Assembly: GCA_951406725.2 (NCBI GenBank)
Contig: OX597817.1
Location: 79,608,001 to 79,672,000, forward strand
Reading direction: 5' to 3'
Source of the DNA: Octopus vulgaris
Lineage: Eukaryota
DNA length: 64,000 bases
In this document: positions 24,958-39,509 of the stretch, piece after piece
Position numbering within the stretch: position 1 is the stretch's first letter
Layout of the letters: each line of letters starts with the position of its first letter
Position numbers and translations under genes: made by a program
The notes under the pieces: generated by a model
Databases searched by the model: none
Seen by the model: the letters and a program-made list of their open reading frames with translations, nothing else
What the model was told of the DNA's origin: nothing

Positions 24958-25334
24958 GAGAAACACCTTAATATTGCAATGTTTACTTATAAAGAGACCC
25001 AAGTTATTTTGTAAGAAGTGAATGAGAAGTCAGAATCAACTGGATTTGAACTTTTAACTAGAAGGAACAATAATAAATGGAATTTTCACTACCGTACTAA
25101 CATTTTTACCAGTATCAATACTAATGCCATTGTCAGTACCATTATCAACACCATTACTACGACCACCACCGGTACTACTACCCGCCTTCCCCATCACCGC
25201 TACCAACACCACTATAAATCTCCAGAGAAAGAACAGATGAAATATAGAGAAGTTTCTAGACTTCTTTTTCGATAATTTCCTATAATTTTTCACTCAAAAG
25301 AAACTGAAGGCTTGGAAACTTTGCTACAAAATAA

Positions 25335-26075
25335 ACAAGGGAGAGAGAGAGAGGAGGAGAAAGGTGGGGAGAAGTGAGGAAGAGAGAGAGAGAGAGAAAG
25401 AAAGAGAGAGAAACATGAAGAGTGTAAATAATGAGGAGAAAGGAAAAGCAGATAAATATGAACAAGACAAATGGAATAAAAGAGACAGAGGGAGGAGGAA
25501 AAGAAACGAAAACAGATTGAGAAAGTACAGAGGGAAGACTTAACTGAAAGAGAGAGGAAACAGAGAAAGAGAGAGAGAGAGAAAAGAAGTAAAATATAAG
25601 GGAATAGGTCATAGAGTGGGAAAGAAAGAAAGAAAGAAAAAACGGTCATAGATCAACTGAAGAAAGAGTAAGAGAGAGTTAGAAGGGGTGCAGTTGAAAT
25701 GTAAGATAAACAAAATGAAAGTGAAACTAAAGCAAAAGAAATGAAGAATGAAGAATGAAGAACAGAAAATAAACCAAAATAATAGGATAAAGGAAGAAAC
25801 CATGAGAAATGAAAGAGAAAGAATGAGAGAGTGTGGGTATGTGATGGATGTGTGTGTGTGCGTGTGTTCATGTGTGTATAAGTGATAAAAAAAAGAAAAA
25901 AAGTAAATAAACAGAAAAGAAAAATAGAAAGAGTGTATTAAGAAATAATTTGAAGTAAAGGGAGGGAAAAAACGGAAAAAAAGGAGAGAGAGGGGGAGAG
26001 AGAGAGGTAGATAGGGAAAGAGATAAAGAACAATTTGGAAAGGAACATGGAAAAGAAGAAACAGAGAGAAGTAGA

Positions 26076-26106
<31 letters not shown>

Positions 26107-26220
26107 AGCGGAGAGGGAGAGGGAAGGAAAGAGCAAGTAAGAGAGGGAGGGGAGAGGACAGAAAAAGCGAGAGGAAGAGGGTGAGAAAGGGAAGGATGAG
26201 GGCATGAGAGAAAGTGAGAT
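25335..26220. repeat. Long purine-rich (GA/GAA) low-complexity tract
   Basis: About 900 bp of almost pure A/G on the plus strand, with small TG islands. Confidence 0.9.
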
Positions 26221-26223
26221 TAC

Positions 26224-26273
26224 CTTCTATCCGTGAGGGAATCGCTAACCTTGTTGCATGGCTTCACCATCAT
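26224..26273 (-). CDS. Candidate first coding exon of an unidentified host gene (MMVKPCNKVSDSLTDR, phase 2)
   Basis: Minus strand aagATGATGGTG...GATAGAAG|gtaatc: purine at -3, plausible donor, unique non-repetitive sequence, followed by a pyrimidine-rich intron-like tract and preceded by a CpG patch. No downstream exon identified. Confidence 0.35.
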
Positions 26274-26399
26274 CTTCTAACTTTCATCCAACTTGACGAG
26301 GTTTCGTAAGAATGAAAATAACAACAAAAGCCACAAAAAGAACAAAAACAATGGAATCAAAACAAAAACAAAAACAAAAAAAAAAAGAAAAGCTAATCC

Positions 26400-26570
26400 A
26401 ATTGTCATGACGAAATGTCTTCCACTTGGTTGAAACAATCTGAAGAGAAGGGGAGCGTCGGAACTGAAAGCGGAAAGCGGCAAACTCCGATCAATATGTC
26501 GGCCGGTTTAGTTTAAACGAGAAAGAATCCACCTACCGCGAAAGCTGAATTGAGCAGACAGTCCATAGTT
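26400..26570 (-). promoter_or_regulatory. Candidate promoter/TSS region
   Basis: Local CpG enrichment in unique sequence and an Inr-like TCAGTT on the minus strand at 26467-26462, ~190 bp upstream of the candidate ATG. Confidence 0.3.
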
Positions 26571-27329
26571 TCACTATTTCACCATCTTATTGAAATCAGA
26601 TCAATGAAAAAGAAACTCATTTCTCTTTTTCTATTTTCTTTTGTTTTGCATTATTTCGATTTGTTTTCTGTTCTTTCTTCTTCTTTTTTTTTTGTTCTTT
26701 TCGTTATTTTATTTGAAATTTGTCAGAGAATTAAAGATTAAGGTTCCAGTTTGCTGATATTTCTGACAGATAATCTTAAGCAAATTCTAAGACAGGCAAT
26801 GAGATTTGGAAACAAGGCAGACTTCAAGCAATTCCAGGGGCAATCTTTCTCTTTTTCTCTGTTATATACACAACATCAGCGAGAAGTGATTGAATTTTGT
26901 GAGTTGTTTCTAATCTCTAATCATTAGATATGCTTCCAGTGGAACACTTTCGGAATGGCAACTTCAATATTTGTTCTGGCAATGATGTTTGAGTATTAAA
27001 GTGGTTATTCACGTTAACTAAATTTTAACGAAATATTTACTCTAAGGTCTTAGATTTGCAACCTTGCTATATTTCTTAAATTTTACCTCGAAGTAAAATT
27101 TATTCCGTTCAACTAGTTTCAGTTTGTCCGAAAGCTACGATTGGCCAAGTGGATTGAAAGTCAACCTACCGATCAAAGGACAGCACGTTCCATCCAGCAT
27201 CGTGCTTGTCTATAACGAAGATAAATTTACAACCGTTTGGCACAGTCTGCTTAATAGTAATTAAATAACTTGGTGACAATCTGGCATTATTGTATGATTG
27301 ACTAGTAACTCGGTCACTTCCACTTCTGT

Positions 27330-27905
27330 ATTGGTTTCAAATTTTGGCACAAGGTCAGAATTTTGGGGAAGGATAAATCGATTGATTATATCGACTATGG
27401 TCGATATTACTAATACTTATTTAGCAACTCCGAAAAGATAAAAGGCAAAGTCGACCTCGGCGGAATTTGAACTCAGAACGTAACGGCAGACTAAATACTT
27501 ATTTATTTACTACCCACAAGGGGCTAAACACAGAAAGGAGAGACAAACGGATTAAGTCGATTATATCGACCCCTGTGTGTAACTGGTACTTATTTAATCG
27601 ACTCCGAAACGATGAAAGGCAAAGTTGACCTCGGCGGAATTTGAACTCAGAACGTAGCGGCAGACGAAATACCTATTCCTTTACTACCCACAAGGGGCTA
27701 CACACAGAAGGGACAAACAAGAACAGACAAACGGATTAAGTCGATTATATCGACCCCTGTGTGTAACTGGTACTTAATTTATCGACCTCGAAAGGATGAA
27801 AGGCAAAGTCGACCTCGACAGAATTTGAACTCGGAACGTAACGGCAGACGAAATACGGCTACGCATTTCGCCCGGCGTGCTAACGTTTCTGCCAGCTCAC
27901 CGCCC
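27330..27905 (-). mobile_element. SINE family A trimer (head-[body-tailA]x2-body-tailB)
   Basis: Three cores, with junctions at ~27500 and ~27673. Confidence 0.92.
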
Positions 27906-29513
27906 TCGCTTCCATAACTATATTAAAATGTTTTCGTGGTTAATACCTAAAATGGGCATAGCCTGTACTTAACTGACTCTCTACTAAACGAAAACGAAGT
28001 TTCCGTATGTTTCTCTATGAGTGTCGAGACCGAATTATTCAGTTAACCTACATATATGTTTGTCTTTTATTTGCTTGCACAGAAAAGACCCTGCCTGTTG
28101 CCTTATACATCGTTCATATTATTATTTACAATGTGTGAAGTGGATAATAGTTACATTCCTTTATATTGTAATTTATGGTTGCATTTGATTATTTACTTAT
28201 CACCAATTTCGACTTAGCTTTTTATATTTTGTAAATTCAATAGAGTGATAGTCACGTACTGAGGCTGATTTAATCGTCTATGCTTTTCTCTTAAAATACG
28301 TTGAATAGGATGTCTTATAGTTATTTCTTTCTCTCCTTTGTGATTCTGACATAAAATCCTGTTGAATATAACGTTAGTCTTCATTCATTTTGGGGTTGAT
28401 AAATAATATACCAGCGAAGGATTAGCAGAAATATAAGAGCTTTACACGTGATACTTTGAAACATATGTTCAGATTCTTTGCGATCTGAGTTTGTAGTGAC
28501 AGCCCTACTGAGATTCGAGCCATATTTCTCAGATTTCCCTTCTAAAATCACAATCTAATAAATTTACATGAAAGGAAAACAGTCGCCATGAAATTTAATA
28601 GTACGTTCGTGTATCTAGTTTGACCAATCGCACTGCCGACTTATTTATGGCAAAGCCGGCAACATCATAAAAAGCGTAGAAATTTCCCTGTCAACCAGAT
28701 TCTAGAACTTTTTAGACCGACAGTTATTAAAAGGCGAGAAAATTCAGCCCAGAACATCTATCCCTGGTTTATACGGGCTATGTTACTTTTTTTCTCTTAT
28801 GATAGTCTCTGATCTCTCTTACCTATTCTCATGGAAAATTCAACCTAATTAAAGAAATATTTCAGGAGCTGCACAAGTCGATCGTTTTTTGCCTTAGGTT
28901 GTCTCTCAAATAGTTTATCTTTCTCACTTTTAACTAGCAGTGTTCATCAACGAATATTTATTTTGTTTGAAAATTTATTTACTCTGTACCACTTAAGCAA
29001 TATGAATCTATTGAATGTGCATATGTAAATACATTATGAAGGCAAATAAAAAAAATTGGGAAGCTCAAATGAATCTTAGTGTGATTATTGTCATTACGGA
29101 GAACGGCTGGAAAAGAAGATAGGTCTAACACCTACACTGAAAGTTCAATTTCGCCATTTGAAAACAGCCTCCTCTTTGTAGGAAAAAATCTTCCATCTGC
29201 TAAAGATAATCGTCTCCAGTATAGTATGGGACGCCCCATCAATTGAAGAAAAATTCTGATTATATAAGGCGAAAAAATGCTGCCGATTCTACAACGAAAT
29301 GGGAATAAACGCTTGAACAGCAAACTTTCTTCCCGCAAAATTGTTTAGTCTGGTGTTCATTTTTAAAAATAATTTATTTCTATTGTTTATGAATTGCTCT
29401 GCAACGCCTAAACAGAATATAGCAGGATTACAGTGTTTGCGTTTGATTGTACAACTGAGTTCTATTCTTTCTGTGGCCCAAAAGAAATATTGAACAATAC
29501 AAGCCTCTCTAAA

Positions 29514-29727
29514 ACGGTGAGCTGGCAGAAGTGTTAGCACGCCGGACAAAATGCTTCCCGGCATTTCGTCCGTCTTATGTTCTGAGTGTAAATGCCATCA
29601 GAGTTGACTTTGCTTTTCACCATTTCGGGGTTGATAAAATAAGTACTATTTTAGCACTGGGGTCGATGTAATCGGCTTACACTTCCCCCGAAATTGTTGA
29701 CCCTGTACCAAAATTCGGAACCACTAT
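29514..29727 (+). mobile_element. SINE family A with tail B
   Basis: cggtgagctggcagaag..ggggttgataaaataagtac..ctgtaccaaaattcggaacca; ctctcta on both flanks. Confidence 0.85.
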
Positions 29728-30495
29728 AATACTCTCTACTAACAAAGTCTCCCAGTCAGTTGGGCTCAGCTTTTAACGGATCAGAAGTCAGGTTTTGATA
29801 ATGTGTTGTTGATAACTTCTCTATAACAGTCAAGTTTCCCATATTAGACTAATATCACAACCTATTTGAGCTTTTTTCTTCAATTCTGAATAAGGAGGTA
29901 TACAGTTGATGAGGAGAATCGTAATACAGTAAATTGGCAGTCTTTAGAGAGTCAAACAGAAAACCTTGCAGAATTTTCTCCGACTTTCTACGCTCTAAGA
30001 TCAAATCCCATATTAGGCCAATATCACAAACTACGTAAGTAATTTCTGCTATTACGAATAATTCTAAAATGTTATAAAGAAGTGTACAGCTAATGAAGAG
30101 AAACGTAACACAGAAAATTAGCAAAATCTTTAGAGAGTTAAACAGAAAGCTTTATAGAGTTGCTCCGATTTTCTATGATATGAGTTCAAATCCCACGCAG
30201 TTCTGTTTTGTATTTCATTCTTACTGTTTTGATAAATAAAGTATCTATCAAATACTAGCGTTGATTCTTCTGTGTTTGTCAGCTTCCGAATCGGTTACGT
30301 CGAGTTATAAAATGTGTCTCGTTCACCAGAAAAGTCAAAGCGTTGAGTGAAGGGCTATTAACCTCTGATTGTTTACGGAAACCAATCAAGAATGGTCTTG
30401 TGTACAGTGCGGTAGGGAATGGACAATTTAAATATTAAGAAGTGATTCGCTGTTATCGAACGACTGTTGAATAAATAAATTAATTGAAATAGAAA

Positions 30496-30690
30496 ATCTT
30501 TTCTTTTTACTTGTTTCGGCTATGGAGTGCGGCCATAGTGGGACCACAACATGAAGGGTTTAGTCTAAGCAATCAACCCCAGTACTTATGTTTTTAAGTC
30601 TAGCATTTAATTTATCGATAACTTTAGCCGAACCGCTAGCTTATATACCAACTCATAGTAGTGGAACGGAACAAACAAACATACACACAC

Positions 30691-30754
<64 letters not shown>

Positions 30755-30776
30755 GCACACACAGACATAGACAGAC

Positions 30777-30834
<58 letters not shown>

Positions 30835-31060
30835 ATAGTTAGATAGACGGACAGACAAGCAGATAGATAGATAGATAGACAGATTACCATTAGCAGGTGG
30901 AAGATTCTTTCCAACAAAGAGGAGGCCGTCTACCAGATTTGCTCACTTGACATCAGTTGGCACGGAACTATTGTAGAAGACACTTGCCCAAGGTGCCGCG
31001 CAGGAGGACTGAACCTGAAACCACGTGGCTTCTTAATCAAACAGCAGTGCCTGTGTCCAT
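30496..31060 (-). mobile_element. Diverged SINE family B with expanded internal (CA)/(TA)/(GATA) microsatellite
   Basis: ttttacttgtttcgg..gccgaaccgcta at the left and actattgtagaagacacttgcccaagg..aaaccacgtgg at the right. Confidence 0.75.
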
Positions 31061-31644
31061 ATTTTTTTAAAATAAATAAATACTAGTAAAATTTTGAACT
31101 GCTAAGAAGTAACAGCCATACCTTTAAAACACATTGGTTATTGCTTTCTGAATAAAAATAACAGACGTGGTGGCCACAGCTAGAATACCTTCCATAATAG
31201 AATCTATTCGATCACAGCTGACCTGGGGCTAAATAACAGTAGCATCAACAACTCTTTTGTTACATATTCATTTATTTACTGTGCTAAACAGACCAACGTA
31301 TTTACGTCACATTTATCTGAAGATTACATCATATTTTATCTTGCTAAATTACCCATTAGTCAAGAAGACAGACCTAAGGGCAGATTTACTTTACTTTTGC
31401 TCTTCATTGCAAATCTGTCAGTCAAGCCATTTAAAACTACAAGACTTTGGTTCAAACAACAGCCTCCAGCAAGTTCTTTTCTATCCCTCTTATTTTCTAT
31501 TAAATGTGCAAAGATAAATGATACACAATACTGCACATACACAAAAATACGTAGCTTTACATATAGATAAATGCATAATTAGGCAGTCAGACACACACCT
31601 AGGCACACACAGTGACATACAGACACACATAGTATATGGGTATG

Positions 31645-31691
<47 letters not shown>

Positions 31692-31960
31692 ATAGATAGA
31701 GAGAGAGAGACGAACAAACATAATGTATACATTTACATAGCTATATTCATATTTACACACACATATATAGACATAAATACAAACATATACATAGATTTGT
31801 ATAGATGCACACACACACATTTCTTTACATAGATATTTAAATAAAACATTACATTTCCTTTTCACCACCTGTGCATAAATATTCACATTTGATTATGAAT
31901 TAATTTCTATATTTAATCCTATATATCCGTTTGTTGCAATTTCCCTAAGTATTATCTTTC

Positions 31961-32032
<72 letters not shown>

Positions 32033-32658
32033 GTCTCTCTGTCTCTCTGTCTGTCTGTCTATGTGTCGTTCTAGCTATGTGTCTATCTATCTATCTACCT
32101 GTCTGTCTGTCTATCTATAGTGAGTTTAACAAATAAAGTCAACTTGAATACCACTCTATACAACCAATTTCAACCCGACAAAGAAGTCTACATTTAATGA
32201 GAACAGCCCTAACCACTCATTCTGTTACGTAAATACAACTTTCGGGGTCGATCAAATGCCGCCGCAGTCTACTTTACCATTTAACCTTTCGGAGTTGATA
32301 AAATAAATACCAGTTCAAAACTCCCCGAAATTGCTGACCTTCTGCTAAAATTTGAAACCAATATATTTCTCTACATATGCGATCTAAATTTGAATATAAT
32401 TTGTACGACTAATTATAGCTGAAAGAAATTCAGTTTTTGTATACATATACTTGTACACTAACGTGAGAGATTTACTACACTGTGGTCATTCCATAGCAGC
32501 CAAAGAATGTTCTCCAATATGCGTTATAACGTCGTAATCAAGTAAAGATGTATTGGCCGATTTGTCTTGATATACAAACTGATGGAATTACCATTGAGCT
32601 GGAGTTAAACAACACCAAAATAATTTCTGTTCTATTTTGTTTTCTTCTTCTTCTTCTT

Positions 32659-33349
<691 letters not shown>

Positions 33350-33350
33350 A

Positions 33351-33427
<77 letters not shown>

Positions 33428-33499
33428 AGTTCACACAATGTCCAAATAACTTACTTTAAAATGCTTCATTTTATTCAGAATAATATCTTTTATATTTTA

Positions 33500-33935
33500 T
33501 ATTTTTATCTTTAACTCGTTTCGGTCATTGGACTGTGGCCACGCTGGAGCACCGATTTCAAAGGTTTAGTCGGAGAAATCGTCCCCAGTACTTATGTTTT
33601 CAAGTCTGATACTTAGTCTATCTGATCTCTTTTTGCCTAACCGCTATTTTATGCGGACGTAAACAAACCATCACCGATTGTCAAGCGGTGGTGGAGGACA
33701 AACACAAACACACATACAAATAGATGTATAAATACATACATATATACATACATATATTTACACACACACACACACACATATTTCGACGGGCTTTTTTCTG
33801 TTTTCATCTGCTCCGTCTACTTACTCGACTCACAAGGCTTTGGTCGGCCCGAAATCATAGAATCATAGTACAAGATACTTACCCAAGGTGCAACGCAGTG
33901 AGGCTGAAACCGGAACCATGTGGTCTGCAAGCAAC
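33500..33935 (-). mobile_element. SINE family B (diverged)
   Basis: ggccacgctggagcaccg..ccgattgtcaagcg..ctcacaaggctttggtcggcccg..ccggaaccatgtgg. Confidence 0.8.
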
Positions 33936-33949
33936 GAGCGACTAAATCA

Positions 33950-35428
33950 AGATGTTAGTCCACACAGACCTCCATTATACGAACAAGATGATCACAGACC
34001 TTCACATGTCTAGATACAGTGTCAAAAACCATCTGAAACAAATTGGTTGTGTCGGCAGGCTCGATGTTTGTGTTCTATATCAATTCAATGAAACATACGT
34101 CGCCCAACGGATTTTCCTCTACGATTCATTGCAGATACGTGAAGAAAATGATTCTTTTTTGTGTTTAAGAGAATGGTATCAGGATACAAAGCATGTAGCT
34201 GGCGGAAACGTTAGCACGCCGGGCGAAATGCTTAGCGGTATTTCGTCTGCCGCTACGTTCTGAGTTCAAATTCCGCCGAGGTGGACTTTGCCTTTCATCC
34301 TTTCGGGGTCGATACATTAAGTACCAGTTACGCACTGGGGTCGATATAATCGACTTAATCCGTTTGTCTGTCCTTGTTTGTCCTCTGTGTTTAGCCCCTT
34401 GTGGGTAGTAAAGAAATAGGTATTTTGTCTGCCGTTACGTTCTGAGTTCAAATTCTGCCGAGGTCGACCTTTGCCTTTCATCCTTTCGGGGTCGATTAAA
34501 TAAGTACCAGTTACGCACTGGGGTCGATATAATTGACTTAATCCGTTTGTCTGTCCTTGTTTGTCCCCTCTGTGTTTAGCCCCTTGTGGGTAGTAAAGAA
34601 ATAGGTATTTCGTCTGCCGTTACGTTCTGAGTTCAAATTCTGCCGAGGTCGACTTTGCCTTTCATTCTTTTGGGGCCGATAAATTAAGTACCAGTTACAG
34701 GGGCCTATCTAAACGAATGGTCCCCTCCTGCAAAAATTTCGGGCCTTGTGCCTAAAGTAGAAAACAAAAAAAGTATACAAAACATGAACCGTCCATAGCA
34801 ACGTGAAGTGCAAACAATCATGGGGAAAACGGCGAACCACCACAAATAACCGTCAAAGCAAGACTTCATCCAAAAAAAAGGTTATGTTTAATTTGGTAGA
34901 ATTGTAAGGGTGTTGTCGTCTGTGACCTTCTTCCCACCGACAAGACCAACAATTCAAGTGTGTACTGTGACCAGCTGGACAACTTAAACGCAGAGATTCA
35001 CATGCAACGTCCAGTATTTGCTAATCGTAAGGGCAATGTCCTTCATCCCTACAATGCCAGATAGTACACTTCTTTACAGACGTGGTAGAAGTTACAGGAG
35101 CTTGACTGGAAAGCTTCGTCACAACTTCCATATTTACCCGATCTTGTGCCTTCAGATTTTGCCTTCTACCTGCTTCAGTCACTTCAAAATTCATTGACTA
35201 GACAAACCTTCGAATTTTAGAAGGACGTAAAAATTCACCTGAAAAAGTTTTTTTGCCAATAAAGACAGGAAATTCTTCGAGGAAAGAATAATAGATCTGC
35301 CCAAAAGGTGGCAGCAGATACTGGAATGAAACGGTAATTATATTATAGATTGAATAAATCGTTCTGCGTTGAAAACTTGTCTTATTTTCGCTCAAGAAAA
35401 CTGAACGAACTCTTTGGCCAACCCAATA
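33950..35428 (+). mobile_element. Decayed mariner transposon (5' end lost), interrupted by a SINE-A trimer
   Basis: HLKQIGCVGRLDVCV (WVPHEL region), KRMVSGYKA (TGDEKW region), ARLHPKK, TNNSSVYCDQLDNL, LHPYNAR (HDNAR) and LPYLPDLVPSDF (YSPDLAPSD). Right TIR ...aactctttggccaacccaa|TA ends at 35428. Confidence 0.92.
34196..34774 (+). mobile_element. SINE family A trimer with TSD
   Basis: Junctions aagaaata|ggtattt at 34418/9 and 34603/4 (185-bp period); flanked by atacaaagcatg (34184-34195) and atacaaaacatg (34775-34786). Confidence 0.93.
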
Positions 35429-35543
35429 AAAAGTCATTAAATGTTATTTATGGCTACGTATTCTACAGCAAAAGATGTATGTATATATACACACACACTT
35501 ACATATACATACATACATGCATACATGGATACATACATACATG

Positions 35544-35653
<110 letters not shown>

Positions 35654-35884
35654 GTTTATATCACTCAGTCACTTCTAATGAAATTGATTTACGTTGACTT
35701 CTTTATTGTACATGTATTCAATGTATAACTTGGAAATGTTATTAAAGATTGTAAATTATTGTTTGAAAAAATTAAAATTGTGAGCGAATAGATTTAATAT
35801 AAAATATTAAATCATACAGTTAAGGAAACAATAGATATAAATGCATTTTTCAATATAGCAACAACAACAACAATAATAATAGTA

Positions 35885-36099
35885 ATCCTTTCTACTATAG
35901 GCACAAGGTCTAGAATTTGAGGGGAGAGTGATTGTCGATCACATCAACCCCAGTGTTTCACTTGTACTTAATTTATCGACTACGAAAAGATGAAAGGCTA
36001 AGTCGACCTTGGCGGAATTTGAATTCAGAAAGGAGCGACGGGTGAAATACCGCTAAGTATTTCGTTCAGTGATGCTAACGATTCTGCCAGCTCACTGCC

Positions 36100-36101
<2 letters not shown>
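35885..36101 (-). mobile_element. SINE family A with tail B
   Basis: cctttctactataggcacaagg..gtcgaccttggcggaatttgaa..tctgccagctcactgcc. Confidence 0.85.
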
Positions 36102-36182
<81 letters not shown>

Positions 36183-36202
36183 TAATAATAATAATAATAA
36201 TA

Positions 36203-36760
36203 ATGCCCTGATGCAGTACCAGGCAGTGGCTCTCATGGCTTCTGATCTTAACTGATTGGAAGTGTTATCATGTACATTGTTTTGTCTTGGTATAAAAGAT
36301 GGGCTACAGCAAATATTCTGCTCAATACCACAGATTTGCTTGTCAGTTGTTTGACCTTAACCAGTTGAGCATGTCCCTTAGTGGCTGACGATATGTGCAT
36401 CTCTGATCACGAGCAGAAGTAGTGGGGGAGCATCATAGCCATGTGTTGAGAAGGATTCTTTGGGGTTTGAATAATTCACCTCTGGAAACATGGGTGTTTC
36501 GTTCAACGTCCTTAAACAACCCTTATTCAGGGACCTTTTGAGCGGGATGGGTTACTCGATCTGAAGAAAATTCTAACTGGGCTCCACCTGCAAGGTCATG
36601 TGCTGTTTATCTTGATATGAGATCACCATGTCGCGCACATATGGTTGTGATGCATGTGCCTGGTGTACCCTTATCAGACGGGTAGTCATGATGGGTATAC
36701 TGGGCTTCGTATATTTTACCCCAGTGTCACTTTGATGGCATGCTCTGCTCGCTCACTCAA
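36203..36760 (+). mobile_element. (AAT)n-embedded 558-bp element, full length
   Basis: atgccctgatgcagtaccaggcag...gctcgctcactcaa between (AAT)n and (AAT/AAC)n tracts. Confidence 0.92.
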
Positions 36761-37049
36761 TGATAATAATAACAACAACAACAACAACAACAACAACAGC
36801 AGCAGCAGCGACACCAGCAACAACAACAACAACAACAATAATAACAATAATAATGAAATGTTATAAAGGCAGCACTTATCTTCACTCTCATCTTCCTCTC
36901 TACTCTCACTTTCCCCTCTACTTTCAGTTTCCTCTCTATCTTTGCCTTCCTCTACCCTTACCGCATTCTTCATATGGGACTTGAAAAAAAAAACAAGTAT
37001 TTTAGTGAGAGTTGAAAAACACTGTTTTCAGACAAGATAACCCTTTCTT

Positions 37050-37590
37050 CTTTGCCAATGGAAGATGGTAATTCAATCTTCACAAAATATTCAGCAGATA
37101 GCCGAGCCCGTCTCATATGTGTTAACAGCAGTTCAATATAAACCCATAAAATACAAATGCATACACATTGAACGAGTTCGCGTCAAACTGTTTTTTCACC
37201 TGGCCGGCATTCAGGACCAATTTGGTTACTGGAGGCTTCAATACAGCCTTATCTGGGAAGTTTATCCAAAACAGACACTACACCTCATTAATGCTGCTAA
37301 GCTAAGGATATGAGGAACTTTTTTACAAGATCAAATCTAACAGTTATCCAGAAGCACCAGTGCAGACTGTACTCGTTGACAAACAGAATCACTCGTAAAG
37401 ATATCTATGAAATGCCAAAGTAGACTTTACACCAACCAACTGATAGAGTGCAATGATACCAAAGGCCCGACCTAGGTTTGCACTTGACCTAAAATTGCAG
37501 CACAGTCAAAAGATGAAATACAGGAGGGCTTACCACAGAACGCTGACCACACCTCTTCACCCTCGTCGTCGTAATCGTCAAGGAATCTCT
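37050..37590 (+). mobile_element. Possible old LINE 3' remnant
   Basis: Balanced-composition decayed sequence ending ccctcgtcgtcgtaatcg, similar to the SINE 3' end at 60712-60755 (minus strand: ccctcatcgttgtaaccgacggag). No clear protein motif. Confidence 0.3.
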
Positions 37591-37635
37591 AAAGACATGT
37601 CGGCATATGTTCATGTTTGAGCAATTTATTATATA

Positions 37636-37871
37636 TATTTCTTTACTGCTCACAAGGGGCTAAACATAGAGGGGACAAACAAGGACAGACAAACGCATTG
37701 ATTAAGTCGATTACATCGATCCCAGTACGAAACTGGTACTTTATTTATCGACCCCGAATGGATGAAAGGCAAAGTCGACCTCGGCGGAATTTGAACTCAG
37801 AACGTAACGACAGACAAAATACGGCTACGCATTTCGCCCGGCGTGCTAACGTTTCTGCCAGCTCGCCGCCT
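37636..37871 (-). mobile_element. SINE family A monomer with tail A and 20-bp TSD
   Basis: Perfect tttgagcaatttattatata at 37616-37635 and 37872-37891. Confidence 0.95.
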
Positions 37872-39439
37872 TTTGAGCAATTTATTATATAGCTATAACC
37901 AGTCATTCATTGCATACAGTTTTTTTGTAACAAAGATATTACAAAAACACACGGAGGTAATCAGATAATTGTATAAAAAAGAGATGGAGTAAAGGCATTA
38001 TGCGATATAGTGAAACGTTTGAAATACTTTTTAGAACAAATGTATATATGAAATAATTTAATGAATTTATATAAACACAATATAATTAAATGAGATATAA
38101 TTTTTTAAAAAGCAAATGTAAACAATAAGGACGTCCCACTCAATAACTTGAACAAGAAATCACAGATAAAATGTAAAGAGGTAGGAAATGGCTCAACAAC
38201 AAATCGAAGGTATGTTGCAGATTTAGATTCGGAAAAGTTTTAATTTATAGTAACATCATTCACACCCGCATACTAACATACACGCATGAAGATAACTACA
38301 CATATGCTTACATACACACCATCACGAAATATATTTATATAGAGACAATTTGACAAAACTAGCAATAATAAACAATGTATGAGCGGCGTTTGCATCAATT
38401 AAGACTAATGTGTGTATTAATTCCCGAACACTTATTCTATGTACATGCGTATGAGTATGTACGTATATGCATACATATTTGCGTGAGTACATGCATAAAC
38501 AATATTAACATATACATATATATTCCTATTTGACCATACATTTTACAGAGAATCTTTGTATGCATGTGTAAGAATATTATTCATATTTGAGCACACATTT
38601 TACCGAGAATCTATGTATGCATGTGTAAAAATATGTGTCTATACATATACATACATATACATACACACATATACACATATGTACATATATATGTGTATAT
38701 ATGTTTACTCATACATACATTATATACATGTATATATATATACACACAAACGAACATGCATACAAACACTGTTGCTTTTAGTTCCATTAAATATAACCGG
38801 AAAACACTAATCCTAAATGTGAGACCAAAGATGAAAAAATAAATTATATAAAAGGCTTTCAAGAAATTACTATTTCTCTTTTTTAAAGAACTACAAGTCT
38901 TCTATAAACAGAAGAATTCATCTTTGAAATTTTCCATCTTCTGTGGAGGCAAAATAAAATAATAATAATAATAAATAATAATGAGGAAAAATTAATAATT
39001 TTACAGCGAAACATACAAACAGTTGGTGAATTTCTCTTAATATCTATTATAGAAAACAAAGACAAGTTAATTAGCATATGAACAACAAATAAGGCAAAGG
39101 AAAAATAAATGTTAAAAAAAATAAAGACAAATATAAGAAACAGAGTGAAAAGACGAGGCACAAACATTAAGCAGGAAATTCTCTTCATTATGAGATAACT
39201 CTAAGATCACAGCATTGATTAGCATCGAATCAGAATGTCTGTGGAGAATTCCAACATTCAGATATAATTATTGACCTCCAAACCGATCAGTTGTTAGTTT
39301 TGTCTCTGAAATTATCTTGATTGCAAAATGCCGATTTGTAAAAGAGATGATGTTTCACCGTATTATTACAAACAAAAATCATCACTTCGGTAAAAAGGAT
39401 GTTATAATACAAATAACAACGACGGTAATAATAATAATG

Positions 39440-39509
<70 letters not shown>

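Noticed and set aside
34196-34774. SINE arrays or the 46127-46190 repeat as CRISPR-like arrays
   Set aside because: Eukaryotic context, no unique spacers, no cas genes; the units are whole SINE bodies or a simple 2-copy duplication.
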